A stretch of DNA of 64,000 bases from an uncultured Acidobacteriaceae bacterium (GTDB taxonomy: Bacteria; Acidobacteriota; Terriglobia; Terriglobales; Acidobacteriaceae), in NCBI GenBank assembly GCA_963787495.1, contig CAWBDA010000004.1, forward strand, positions 166,015-230,014, read 5' to 3'. Position numbers and translations under genes: made by a program. The notes under the pieces were generated by a model, which was not told the DNA's origin, searched no databases, and worked only from the letters and a program-made list of their open reading frames with translations. Positions 18,605-27,665 of this stretch are shown here, piece by piece (within the stretch, counting starts at the first letter, position 1; each line of letters starts with the position of its first letter).

Positions 18605-19645
18605 TTACTCCGATTCATTCAGAATTTTGTCAAAGAGCCGCGCGATATAAGAAACCGCGGTCATGGTGTGCTGATAATCCATGCGCGTTGGACCAATCAC
18701 CGCCAGCGAGCCAAACATATCAGTTCCCGACCGCGCCGGCGCTCCGATCAACACGAAGTTCTGCATGGAAGGCAAAGCATCATCCAGCCCGATCACCACC
18801 CTTACCGCTTCCTGCTTCACGTCGAGGTAAGCCCCAAGGAGGTTCGCGACTTTTTCCTTCTCCTCGAGAGTCTTCAGCATCTCCTGCAGACGCTTGCGGT
18901 CTTCTTGCCCCGTAACCAGGTTGGCCGCGCCTTCCACGAACACCACCTGCGCGCCGGGTTCGGCGGCGAGCGCGCCTTGCTTGTAGAGTTGCTCGATGGA
19001 GTTCATCAGGCGGTCGTATTCACTACGTTCCTGCTCAATCCTCCGGCCCAACTCTGAGCGCATCGACTCCATCGTCCAGCCACGAAAATTCTCGTTGATA
19101 TAGCGCGCCGCAAGATCCAGCTCGGCCTGCGGCAGATCGAGCCGCAACACACGGTCGCGCACCAAGCCGGAACGCGTTACCAGCACAGCGAGCACTTTCT
19201 GCTCGCCCAGGCGCGAGAAGTAAACATGCTCCAGCGCATTCTTGGCCCCGGTCGTGGCCACGGTCACCCCTACGTTCCGCGAAATCAGCGACAACACATG
19301 CGAGGTGCGCTCCATGAATTCCGGCACATCGGTAATGCCGGCCAGCGAGTCAGAAATCAGGCTTTCTTCCTGCGGCGCCAGCCGCGCCGTTCCCGTAATC
19401 TGCTCGACGTAGTAGCGGTAAGCGTCAGTGGTCGGTACGCGTCCGGACGAGGCGTGGGTCTGCTCCAGAAAGCCCGCGTCTGAGAGGTCCGCCATCACAT
19501 TGCGAATCGATGCCGGACTCAACCCCTCACGGTTCGACCGCGCCAGCGTGCGCGAACCGACGGGCTCGCCCGTGGAAATAAAAGTCTCCACGATCGCCGT
19601 CAGAACTTCGCGTTCGCGCTTGCCGATATTGGGATCAGATGGCAT
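18605..19645 (-). CDS. hrcA: heat-inducible transcription repressor HrcA
   Basis: N-terminal wHTH REREVLTAIVETFISTGEPVGSRTLA. Length and C-terminal domain are typical. Start taken at ATG 19645 (MPSDPNIGK). Confidence 0.9.
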   Translation of the reverse strand: MPSDPNIGKREREVLTAIVETFISTGEPVGSRTLARSNREGLSPASIRNVMADLSDAGFLEQTHASSGRVPTTDAYRYYVEQITGTARLAPQEESLISDSLAGITDVPEFMERTSHVLSLISRNVGVTVATTGAKNALEHVYFSRLGEQKVLAVLVTRSGLVRDRVLRLDLPQAELDLAARYINENFRGWTMESMRSELGRRIEQERSEYDRLMNSIEQLYKQGALAAEPGAQVVFVEGAANLVTGQEDRKRLQEMLKTLEEKEKVANLLGAYLDVKQEAVRVVIGLDDALPSMQNFVLIGAPARSGTDMFGSLAVIGPTRMDYQHTMTAVSYIARLFDKILNESE

Positions 19646-19879
19646 GTTCTGTAAAGGGATCAGCCAGGCTTGCGGCCAGATCACAATCTCCAGCTAAGTA
19701 TTTTAGATGCAGAAACTTACCTTAGGACGCAAATGCCGCGTCCTGCTTGGATTCTAGGAATGCTCCACCTTCCTGTCAAGGACCGCAGGGACCGGCTCCA
19801 CCGCCGAACCTCTACTCCATCTTCCCCTGATACGCCATCCCCCGGTATCCTCAACTCGCAGGTGGCAAAATCATTTGCG

Positions 19880-21028
19880 ATGAAATCCAAACCACATGTC
19901 GCAGTCGTCGGAGCCGGCGCCTTCGGCGGCTGGACTGCCCTGCATCTTCTTGAGCGCGGAGCTCGCGTCACCTTGCTCGACGCCTGGGGCCCGGGCAACT
20001 CGCGCGCCTCTTCGGGCGGCGAAACCCGCATCATGCGCGGCACCTATGGTCCGGACCAACCCTACACTGAGACCGCCGCACGCGCCCTCAAGCTGTGGGC
20101 AAAATATGAACGCCGATGGAAGAGGCAGTTTCTTCATCGCACAGGCGTTGTTTGGATGGTGAGCAGCCGCGACGATGCTTACGAACGGCGCTCGCTCGAA
20201 GTGCTTCGCCAGGCCCACATGAAGTTTCAGAAACTCTCCACACCGGAGATGAAGAAGCGCTGGCCGCAGATCAACTTCGAGGATGTCCATTGGGGAATCT
20301 TTGAACCTGAATGCGGATACCTCGACGCCCGTGCCAGCTGCCAGGCGGTGGTCGACGCATTCGTCTCCGAAGGGGGCATCTATCGGCAGCTCGCGGTCTC
20401 ACCCGACGGACTGGAAGGCGGGCATCTTCCTAGCTTGGCGCTCTCGGATGGCTCGCGCCTCCGCTCCGATTACTACGTCTTCGCTTGCGGCCCGTGGCTG
20501 GGTAAGCTGTTTCCAGAAACGTTAGGCAGCGTAATTTGTCCTACCAAGCAGGACATTTTCTTCTTCGGTACGCCCGCCGGAGACTTCCGCTTCACGGACG
20601 AGCTTCTTCCAGTGTGGGGCGACCACGGCAAGCGTTTTTTCTACGGCATTCCAGGCAACGACCGCCGCGGATTCAAGGTGGCAGATGATACGCGCGGCGG
20701 CCCGTTCGATCCAACCTCTGGCGAGAGAGTGTTCAGTCAAGCAACACTGAAGCGGGTTCGCGAATACATTGCCTTCCGCTTTCCCGCGATGAAAGATGCT
20801 CCGCTCGTCGAAACCCGCGTCTGCCAATACGAGCAGACTGCAGACAGTAATTTCATTGTGGATCGCCATCCCCGGATGGGTAACGTTTGGCTGATGGGCG
20901 GCGGATCGGGACACGGATTCAAACATGGACCGGCGCTGGGAGAGCTGATGGCGTGGTTGATCCTGAAAGATGACGAACCGGATGCAGGTTGGCGACTGTC
21001 GCGGTTCCGGAAGCGACAGACAAGATAA
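19880..21028 (+). CDS. FAD-dependent oxidoreductase (DAO / sarcosine-oxidase-like family)
   Basis: Start at MKSKPHVAVVGAGAFGGWTALHLLERGARVTLLD (Rossmann GxGxxG). C-terminal GGGSGHGFKHGP. Confidence 0.8.
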   Translation: MKSKPHVAVVGAGAFGGWTALHLLERGARVTLLDAWGPGNSRASSGGETRIMRGTYGPDQPYTETAARALKLWAKYERRWKRQFLHRTGVVWMVSSRDDAYERRSLEVLRQAHMKFQKLSTPEMKKRWPQINFEDVHWGIFEPECGYLDARASCQAVVDAFVSEGGIYRQLAVSPDGLEGGHLPSLALSDGSRLRSDYYVFACGPWLGKLFPETLGSVICPTKQDIFFFGTPAGDFRFTDELLPVWGDHGKRFFYGIPGNDRRGFKVADDTRGGPFDPTSGERVFSQATLKRVREYIAFRFPAMKDAPLVETRVCQYEQTADSNFIVDRHPRMGNVWLMGGGSGHGFKHGPALGELMAWLILKDDEPDAGWRLSRFRKRQTR

Positions 21029-21049
21029 AGAAGGGTCGCAGAGTGCTAG

Positions 21050-21070
21050 CCTGTGCTCCTCTGTGGTTAA
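21050..21070. repeat. CTSYGTG-type short repeat motif (CCTGTG CTCCTCTGTG GTTAA)
   Basis: Resembles 27545-27573 and 55207-55233. Lies in a 49-nt convergent gap. Confidence 0.4.
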
Positions 21071-21077
21071 GGTTTCC

Positions 21078-21944
21078 TTACTGAATCTGAATCACACTGG
21101 CCGACTCGCCTGCCTTAATCTCTCCCACGCGCGCAATCACATTCCGAGCAAATGCGAAGATCGACTTGGCATGTGGTGAATTTTCGCCTTCGAGCACAAT
21201 CGGCTTCCCACCGTCCCCGGACTTGCGCACTTCAGGATCAAGCTCGATGCTCCCGAGAAATGGCACGCTGAAATGCGCCGCCATCTTCTCCGCCCCACCG
21301 CGTGAGAAGATATCGATCTCGTGGTTGCAGTGCGGACACGTAAAAAAGCTCATGTTCTCGACCACACCCACCAGGTCGACCTTCATCTGCCGGAACATCT
21401 CGATGGCTTTGCGCGCATCTTGCAACGAAACGTCAGACGGAGTCGAAACTACCACCGCGCCCGTCAGCGGTACCGACTGCACCAGCGACAACGCGATATC
21501 GCCCGTCCCCGGCGGCAGGTCGACGACCATGTAATCCAGATGTCCCCACTCCACCAGCCCGAGAAACTGCTTCACGATCTGGTGCAACATGGGACCGCGC
21601 CAGATGATGGGCTTGTCCCCGGGATTAAGAAATCCGACGGAAATCACCTTCAAGCCAAACGCCTCCAGCGGCTGAATGCGGTTTTCCCCAACCGTCTTCG
21701 GCTGCCCGCTCACGCCCAGCATCAGCGGGACGTTCGGCCCGTAAACATCGGCGTCAAGCAGGCCAACCTTGTGTCCCATCTTCGCCAGCGCGACCGCCAG
21801 GTTCACCGACAGCGTGGTCTTGCCCACGCCTCCCTTGCCCGAACCCACGGCAATGATGGCATCGACTCCTGGCAACGGTTGCGGCCCCGGCACGCCCTGC
21901 CCGGGATGAGACGGCATATGTGCACTCAAAGGATCACACTCCAA
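21078..21944 (-). CDS. apbC: Mrp/ApbC-type iron-sulfur cluster carrier ATPase
   Basis: Deviant Walker A GSGKGGVGKTT and a CPHCNHEIDIF CxxC motif. Confidence 0.9.
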   Translation of the reverse strand: MECDPLSAHMPSHPGQGVPGPQPLPGVDAIIAVGSGKGGVGKTTLSVNLAVALAKMGHKVGLLDADVYGPNVPLMLGVSGQPKTVGENRIQPLEAFGLKVISVGFLNPGDKPIIWRGPMLHQIVKQFLGLVEWGHLDYMVVDLPPGTGDIALSLVQSVPLTGAVVVSTPSDVSLQDARKAIEMFRQMKVDLVGVVENMSFFTCPHCNHEIDIFSRGGAEKMAAHFSVPFLGSIELDPEVRKSGDGGKPIVLEGENSPHAKSIFAFARNVIARVGEIKAGESASVIQIQ

Positions 21945-21997
21945 GAATCAATCAGGATGGATCAAACACTTAAGATTATACAGGGCTGAATCGTTTC

Positions 21998-22029
21998 TCA
22001 TGTAGAGACAGCTGCCTCGGCTGTCAGAG
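21998..22029. repeat. REP-like element, copy 3 (inverted orientation, one G shorter)
   Basis: The reverse complement CTCTGACAGCCGAGGCAGCTGTCTCTACATGA aligns with 1163-1196. Lies between the cydB stop and the apbC start. Confidence 0.7.
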
Positions 22030-22080
22030 ATTGGAGGCAGTCCGGCGACAGTCAGAGAAGCCTCAGGCGCTCGGAAAAGC

Positions 22081-23124
22081 TCAGTAACCTTCCCCCTCCA
22101 GCCGCACCTTCCCGCGAAACATGCGAAACAGCAGAGTGAAGTATCCCAGAGCTAGAACCATCCCCAGAACCCACCACGTCAAGCCGACGGTGAGCCCGTG
22201 CCGTCCCGCGGCAGTGTTGTAAATGGTCAGGCTTCTGTGAGCAGGATCCGTGCTAGCCGGCAGCACCACGGGATACAGCGCGAACGCCGCCCCCACCAGC
22301 ATTCCCACGATGTAAAGAGCTGAGCCAACGAAAGCAAGTTTGTCCTGCCCTTTGCGAATGGCATAGATCATCACGCCAAGACTGCCAAACACGACCACGG
22401 GAATCAGAAACCCGGCGGCATGGTGCTTGTAGTTGTCGAGCACGGTCGGCTGTACGTAGCAGGTCGCCACCAGGCCGACGATCGTCAACAGAACCTGCAC
22501 GGGCCACGCCCGCAGTGCGATGCCGCGGGTCCGCTGATTCAAGTCGCCGTCCGTTTTGACCGCGACATACAAAGACCCATGCGCCGTCAGCGTCACCAGC
22601 GCGATGACCCCGGTCAGCACGGTGTACCAATCGAGGATCCCGGTATTCGCGCCCACCCTGAAATTCGTCCACAGCGGCTCGAAGAAATAGCCGTCAACTC
22701 CCAAAGGCACGCCGCGCACCACGTTCCCCAGAGCCGCGCCGAAAAAAATCGCCAGCAGCACGCTCGAAACGCAGAAGATCAAATCGAAGAAGCCGACCCA
22801 GACCGGATTCTCCATATGCGCGCGCAGCTCAATGCCAATGCCGCGCAGCATCAGCAGCCACAGCACCATCATCAGCGGCAGATAGAATCCGCTGAAGCTG
22901 GAGGCGTAGAGCAACGGAAAAGCAAAGTAAAGCGTCCCACCCGCCGCAACCAGCCAGACTTCATTGCCATCCCACACTGGGCCGATGGCGCGCAAAATCT
23001 TTCGCCGCTCGTCGTTCGTCCGGGTCACGGCCAGGTAAATCGCACCGGCGCCGAGATCGAACCCGTCCAGCACCACGTAAGCCGCTACCATGACGGTCAC
23101 GATCATGAACCATAGGGTTTCCAT
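22081..23124 (-). CDS. cydB: cytochrome bd ubiquinol oxidase subunit II
   Basis: Polytopic protein starting METLWFMIVTVMVAAYVVLDGFDLGAG. GAGGAG precedes ATG 23124. Lies 25 nt after the cydA stop. Confidence 0.9.
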   Translation of the reverse strand: METLWFMIVTVMVAAYVVLDGFDLGAGAIYLAVTRTNDERRKILRAIGPVWDGNEVWLVAAGGTLYFAFPLLYASSFSGFYLPLMMVLWLLMLRGIGIELRAHMENPVWVGFFDLIFCVSSVLLAIFFGAALGNVVRGVPLGVDGYFFEPLWTNFRVGANTGILDWYTVLTGVIALVTLTAHGSLYVAVKTDGDLNQRTRGIALRAWPVQVLLTIVGLVATCYVQPTVLDNYKHHAAGFLIPVVVFGSLGVMIYAIRKGQDKLAFVGSALYIVGMLVGAAFALYPVVLPASTDPAHRSLTIYNTAAGRHGLTVGLTWWVLGMVLALGYFTLLFRMFRGKVRLEGEGY

Positions 23125-23149
23125 CGCGCTCCTCGCAAGGCAATACGCT

Positions 23150-24493
23150 CTAGTGCCCCGAACTCCCCTCGGCCACCGGCCCACGCTCGATCTCACGGCG
23201 CACCAGAAACAAGAACAAGATTCCCAGCACCGTGTACATCCCAAGAAATCCCAGCAGCGTGAACATCACATTCCCCGCCGACACCATCTTCGAATATCCG
23301 TCCACCGTGCGCATCAAACCGTAGACCAGCCAGGGCTGCCGCCCCAGTTCCGCCGTCATCCAGCCCGCGGTGTTGGCGATGTAAGGGAAGGGCAAGGCCA
23401 GCATCAGAACCCACAGTATCCATCGCGCAGAGAATAACTTTCCACGCCACAACAGAAACGCCGCGACCACCATCATTGCGATGAAGATGGTCCCCAGCCC
23501 AACCATAATGTGGTAGCTGTAGTACAGAAGCGCGATGTTCTCCGGCCACATGTCCGCCGGGAATGCGTCCAGCCCCTGCACATCGGCCTTCCACGCACGG
23601 TAAGTCAGAAAGCTGAGCGCGTTCGGAACCTCAATCGGATTATCGATCTTGCGCTGACCCACATCCGGCTGCCCGAGGATCACTAGCGGCGCTCCCGTTT
23701 GGCTCACGAACAGCGCTTCCATGGCGGCCAGCGTCACCGGTTGATGCACGGCAACCATCCGTCCCTGGCCGTCGCCGGTAGGAAACAGCTGCAAAACACT
23801 GAAAATCAATCCGGCGACCACTCCCACGCGCAAGAAAATCCGGCCGTGGGCTTCAAACCTCCCCCAGAGCAGGTAGAACGCGCCCACCGACGCCATTACA
23901 AACGCGCCCGTAATCACGGCCCCGCTCATGTTGTGCGCATACTGCCACCCTGCCCAAGGATTGAGCACCAGTTCCCAAAAGCTGCCCAGTTGCACCGATC
24001 CATCCTTGGCCCCGACGAAGCCCACGGGATGCTGCATCCACGCATCCGTGGCGATGATGAAGAACGCCGAAAGCCACGATCCCAAAAATACGGCAACCGC
24101 CGACCACCAGTGCGCACGCGGGCCAAGCCGCTTCTCTCCGTAAAGAAACAATCCGAGAAACGCTGACTCCAGGAAGAAAGCAAATACGCCCTCCATGGCC
24201 AGCGTCTGCCCGATCACGCCTCCGGCAAAGCGCGAAAAGTGCGACCAGTTCGTGCCAAACTGAAATTCCATCGGAATTCCAGTCACCACCCCCAGCACGA
24301 AGTTGATACCGAAAATCCGCGCCCAAAAGCGCGCCGCCTGATGATAAGTCTCGTCATTGCGGAGAAGGCCGAGCGTCTTGAGCACCACAATCAGCGGTGC
24401 CAGTCCCATCGTGAGTTGCGGAAAGAGATAGTGGAAGGTAATCGTGAACGCGAAGTGAATGCGATGAACCAGAAGCGCACTATCCATGAACAT
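23150..24493 (-). CDS. cydA: cytochrome bd ubiquinol oxidase subunit I
   Basis: HRIHFAFTITFHYLFPQLTMGL N-terminus and the conserved AELGRQPWLVYG motif. Confidence 0.93.
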   Translation of the reverse strand: MFMDSALLVHRIHFAFTITFHYLFPQLTMGLAPLIVVLKTLGLLRNDETYHQAARFWARIFGINFVLGVVTGIPMEFQFGTNWSHFSRFAGGVIGQTLAMEGVFAFFLESAFLGLFLYGEKRLGPRAHWWSAVAVFLGSWLSAFFIIATDAWMQHPVGFVGAKDGSVQLGSFWELVLNPWAGWQYAHNMSGAVITGAFVMASVGAFYLLWGRFEAHGRIFLRVGVVAGLIFSVLQLFPTGDGQGRMVAVHQPVTLAAMEALFVSQTGAPLVILGQPDVGQRKIDNPIEVPNALSFLTYRAWKADVQGLDAFPADMWPENIALLYYSYHIMVGLGTIFIAMMVVAAFLLWRGKLFSARWILWVLMLALPFPYIANTAGWMTAELGRQPWLVYGLMRTVDGYSKMVSAGNVMFTLLGFLGMYTVLGILFLFLVRREIERGPVAEGSSGH

Positions 24494-24537
24494 TCCCCTG
24501 GGCGCACTGTGTAGGCTAACTTTATCCGTGGAGGGCG

Positions 24538-24559
24538 GGATGTGACGTCGATCACATCC
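24538..24559. promoter_or_regulatory. CRP/FNR-family-type operator GGATGTGA-CGTCGA-TCACATCC
   Basis: Perfect 8-bp inverted repeat containing TGTGA-N6-TCACA, centred about 55 bp upstream of the cydA ATG. Confidence 0.5.
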
Positions 24560-24568
24560 GTTTGCGGA

Positions 24569-25069
24569 TTACCGTTTCGCCTTCCTTCGCCGCTCCAACT
24601 CCGCCCGGCGAATCTCGCGCCGCCGCCCCGCGTCGTCATAGCGACGACGTTGCTCGTCCGTGTCGGGCACCACAGGCGCGACCTTCAAGTGGTTCCCCTT
24701 GCCATCGATGGCCACAAATGTGAGGTAGGCCGATGCCACATGCTGCGCCGTGTCCGCAATGTAATTCTCCACCCAAACCTTCACGCCCACTTCCATGGAG
24801 GAATGAAACACGCGGTTCACTGACGATCTCAAAATCGCCAGGTCCCCAATCTTCACCGGCACCAGGAAATCAATGTGATCGACGGAAGCCGTGACCACAT
24901 AACTCCGCGAGTGGCGGTGACACGCCATCGCGCCCGCCAGGTCGATCCAATGCATCAACCGGCCTCCGAGCAGCGCACCCAGGGGGTTGGCATCATTGGG
25001 CAGAACAATTTCCGTCATCTCCGATTGCGAGTCCCTGACAGACCGCGGCGTCAAATTCGCTTCGCTCAT
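24569..25069 (-). CDS. acyl-CoA thioesterase (hotdog fold, YciA-like)
   Basis: MSEANLTPRSVRDSQSEMTEIVLPNDANPLGALLGGRLMHWIDLAGAMA. Confidence 0.8.
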   Translation of the reverse strand: MSEANLTPRSVRDSQSEMTEIVLPNDANPLGALLGGRLMHWIDLAGAMACHRHSRSYVVTASVDHIDFLVPVKIGDLAILRSSVNRVFHSSMEVGVKVWVENYIADTAQHVASAYLTFVAIDGKGNHLKVAPVVPDTDEQRRRYDDAGRRREIRRAELERRRKAKR

Positions 25070-25117
25070 AGTTCGTCTTCCCCTTTCGGTGGGTGGCACT
25101 CCTGGTGTGAGTCAGCT

Positions 25118-25618
25118 CTAACTGGCCGCCCGTGTTACTTCCTGCCTTTTTTTCCTCTCCATATACGATTCGAGAAAACACTCCACCATTCGCTGCAGGC
25201 GGCTGTCGGAATGCGGCTCTACCCACCGCGTCTCGAAGGCATCAAACTCTAACGTCCCATGGTCCATCGGACGATGCGCGCGCTCGCATACATAGCGAAT
25301 TTGGATGCGCCGGCCAGTCCCATTCTCCGAATCATTGCCCGCACGTTTAACCGCAAACCGCACAGAATCCCACGCTCGCTCTCGAGGTAACCGCCCACAG
25401 CCCTCCGCATACCCAAGATTGCAGAACTCGTGCAATTCGTGCTGCGACGGAGTCTCGCCCTCATGTCCCGGCGCCGTGCAGTGGCCGCTCCACCCGCATC
25501 CTAGCGGAAGCCGCTCGGGGTGCAGCCAACTCCCGTTCGCCACCTTCTCCACCGGCATAAAAAACGGACAAGACACCAACACCCTCCCGCAGCGCTTAAA
25601 ATGGAAAGGACTGCTCAT
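25118..25618 (-). CDS. hypothetical Cys/His-rich protein
   Basis: Start at MSSPFHFKRCG (ATG 25618, GAGGTGA upstream). Multiple Cys residues (CPFF, GCGWSGHC, FCNLGYAEGCG). No family recognised. Confidence 0.5.
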   Translation of the reverse strand: MSSPFHFKRCGRVLVSCPFFMPVEKVANGSWLHPERLPLGCGWSGHCTAPGHEGETPSQHELHEFCNLGYAEGCGRLPRERAWDSVRFAVKRAGNDSENGTGRRIQIRYVCERAHRPMDHGTLEFDAFETRWVEPHSDSRLQRMVECFLESYMERKKRQEVTRAAS

Positions 25619-25705
25619 TCTACTCACCTCAAGATATGCAGGCCAATACAAGGCGCTATGCAATCTCGAAGCGAAGAGGCTGTCTGTAGTAACCTCGTCT
25701 AAGCT

Positions 25706-25727
25706 GGCCACTGACCACCGACCACTG
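25706..25727. repeat. orphan heptad arm GGCCACT GACCACC GACCACT G (CAGTGGY family)
   Basis: Three units with no inverted partner within the intergenic region. Ends 4 nt before ATG 25732. Confidence 0.85.
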
Positions 25728-25731
25728 TCTT

Positions 25732-26040
25732 ATGGACCGCATCGCCGCACTCAACGAAGTCCTCACGCAGAATCCGAACGACACTTTCGCCCGTTACGGC
25801 CTGGCAATGGAATACTCCAAGCAGGGCGACCTCGACCGCTCGCTCGCCGAATTCTCCATCCTGCTCAAATCCAGTCCCGACTATACTCCCGGCTATTTCA
25901 TGGCCGCACAAACGCTAGCCCGGGCCGACAGAATTGCCGAAGCCAAAGCCATGCTCACCGACGGCATAGCCTCCGCCCGGCGCACCGGCAACCTTCACGC
26001 CCAGGGCGAGATGGAAGCGATGCTGGCGGAGCTGGGATGA
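25732..26040 (+). CDS. small tetratricopeptide-repeat protein
   Basis: MDRIAALNEVLTQNPNDTFARYGLAMEYSKQGDLDRSLAEF shows a TPR-like helical repeat pattern. Confidence 0.7.
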   Translation: MDRIAALNEVLTQNPNDTFARYGLAMEYSKQGDLDRSLAEFSILLKSSPDYTPGYFMAAQTLARADRIAEAKAMLTDGIASARRTGNLHAQGEMEAMLAELG

Positions 26041-26050
26041 CCGCCGATTG

Positions 26051-26833
26051 TCACTCCGTCATCCGCCCCATAAACCATTCCACCACTGCCGGAAACAGCT
26101 GATAAACCTTCTGTGGCACATACATCGTCCACGGCACAACCACTTCCCGCTTTTGCTTCAAATATCCCTGCAGCGTAGCCTGAGCCACCCGCTCGGCGGT
26201 AATCCCCTTCACCGATCCCGGACGGACTTGCTTCAACTCGTTCCCGCGAATCGCATTCTCTCCAAACGCGGTCCGCACATAGCCCGGACAAACTGTCAGC
26301 ACATGAATCCCGTCCTTCTTCAACTCTACCCCCGCCGCCTTGCCCATCGCATTGAGCGCGAACTTGGTCGCGCTGTAAGCCGCATGAAACGGGATTGGAA
26401 TATGCCCCGCCACGCTCGAAATATTGATGATCGTCCCCCCGCCCTGCTGCCGCATCACCGGAATCACGGCCTGCATCGCCCCGACCGCTCCAAACAAATT
26501 CGTGTCGAACATTTCCCGGCATGCCGCCATATCCATCTGCGCCACCGAATCCAGCAGCCCATGCCCGGCATTGTTCACCCAAACGTCGATCCTCTTGAAG
26601 TGATGCAGCGTCAGCCCGATCACGCGGTCAACGTCTTCCCGGTGCCGGACGTCGCAAGCCATGGCCAGAATCCGCTCGCCATGCCCCACTCGCCCTCGCG
26701 CCGCTTCTACCCGGCCCACGTCGCGCGACAGCATCACCACGCTCGCCCCGCGATCGGCAAAAATCTTAGCAATCGCTTCCCCGATCCCCATCGAAGCACC
26801 GGTCACCACCACAACTTTCCCCGAAAGTTCCAT
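26051..26833 (-). CDS. SDR-family oxidoreductase
   Basis: VVVTGASMGIGEAIA (TGxxxGxG), NNAG, and YSATKFAL (YxxxK). Confidence 0.9.
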   Translation of the reverse strand: MELSGKVVVVTGASMGIGEAIAKIFADRGASVVMLSRDVGRVEAARGRVGHGERILAMACDVRHREDVDRVIGLTLHHFKRIDVWVNNAGHGLLDSVAQMDMAACREMFDTNLFGAVGAMQAVIPVMRQQGGGTIINISSVAGHIPIPFHAAYSATKFALNAMGKAAGVELKKDGIHVLTVCPGYVRTAFGENAIRGNELKQVRPGSVKGITAERVAQATLQGYLKQKREVVVPWTMYVPQKVYQLFPAVVEWFMGRMTE

Positions 26834-26859
26834 AGCGCGCTTTTATTCCTCTGCATCTG

Positions 26860-27534
26860 GTGAAGTCAAGCGCTGGCGTACAATCAGGACGGCGCGCTGA
26901 TCCCCTCGCTCACCGCGGAGACGCCTTGGAAACCCTTCTACCCCTGTTCCCGCTCGACGTCGTCTTGTTCCCCGGCACCGCCCTCCCCTTGCACATCTTT
27001 GAGCCGCGCTACAAAGAAATGATCGGCGAGTGTCTCGCCCAGCGTCGCACCTTTGGCGTAGTGCGCGCTGTCGAACAAGGTTTAGCCGAGATAGGATGCA
27101 CCGCCGAAATCATCACCGTGGTGAAAGAGTATCCCGACGGCCGGCTCGACCTGGTCACCGAAGGCCGCCAGCGTTTCGAACTTCTGCGCGTCAACCAGGA
27201 ACGGTCGTTTCTCCAAGCCGAGATTCTAATGATCGACGACGAGCCCGGAACCCCGCCACAGGCTGACGCCGCCCGAGCGGTTCAGTTGCACTCCGAACTC
27301 CTCGCCATAGCCGGCGCCAAACAGGATCTCCCCGCAGCCGACCCCTCGTTGCTTTCTTTTCATCTCGCCGGTTCTGTGCCGCTCGATTTGGATTTCAAAC
27401 AGAAGTTGCTCTCCCTGCGCTCCGAACCGGAACGCCTGACCTTGCTCATCAGCTACCTCGAAACCATCATCCCCAACCTCCGCCGGGCCGCCAACGCCCG
27501 TGAAAAGGCCGGCGGCAACGGCCACGTCCACTGA
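26860..27534 (+). CDS. LON substrate-binding (Lon N-terminal) domain protein
   Basis: LPLFPLDVVLFPGTALPLHIFEPRYKEMI. Start is uncertain: GTG 26860 or in-frame TTG 26926. Confidence 0.75.
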   Translation: MKSSAGVQSGRRADPLAHRGDALETLLPLFPLDVVLFPGTALPLHIFEPRYKEMIGECLAQRRTFGVVRAVEQGLAEIGCTAEIITVVKEYPDGRLDLVTEGRQRFELLRVNQERSFLQAEILMIDDEPGTPPQADAARAVQLHSELLAIAGAKQDLPAADPSLLSFHLAGSVPLDLDFKQKLLSLRSEPERLTLLISYLETIIPNLRRAANAREKAGGNGHVH

Positions 27535-27601
27535 GACGGGGCCTACCCTGTGAACCTCCGTGCCCTCTGTGGGAAGATTTTGATTTTCCGCTTCAGCGAC
27601 C

Positions 27602-27639
27602 AAAGCCCGAAGCCCGCAAGCCCGCAAGCCGCGTATAAT
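27602..27639 (+). promoter_or_regulatory. tandem RAAGCCC array (x4) abutting a perfect TATAAT box
   Basis: AAAGCCC GAAGCCC GCAAGCCC GCAAGCC at 27602-27630, then GCG, then TATAAT at 27634-27639, which is 27 nt before ATG 27666. Confidence 0.45.
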
Positions 27640-27665
27640 CCATACAAGTATTCGGGGGTTCCCTC

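Noticed and set aside
19694-19744. Inverted repeats upstream of hrcA as a CIRCE operator
   Set aside because: Neither repeat resembles the CIRCE consensus in sequence or in 9-N9-9 geometry. They are reported only as candidates in the findings, not annotated.
21040-21049. GAGTGCTAG resembling the right half of CIRCE (GAGTGCTAA)
   Set aside because: No TTAGCACTC half-site lies 9 nt upstream. The location is in a convergent 3' gap far from any chaperone promoter.
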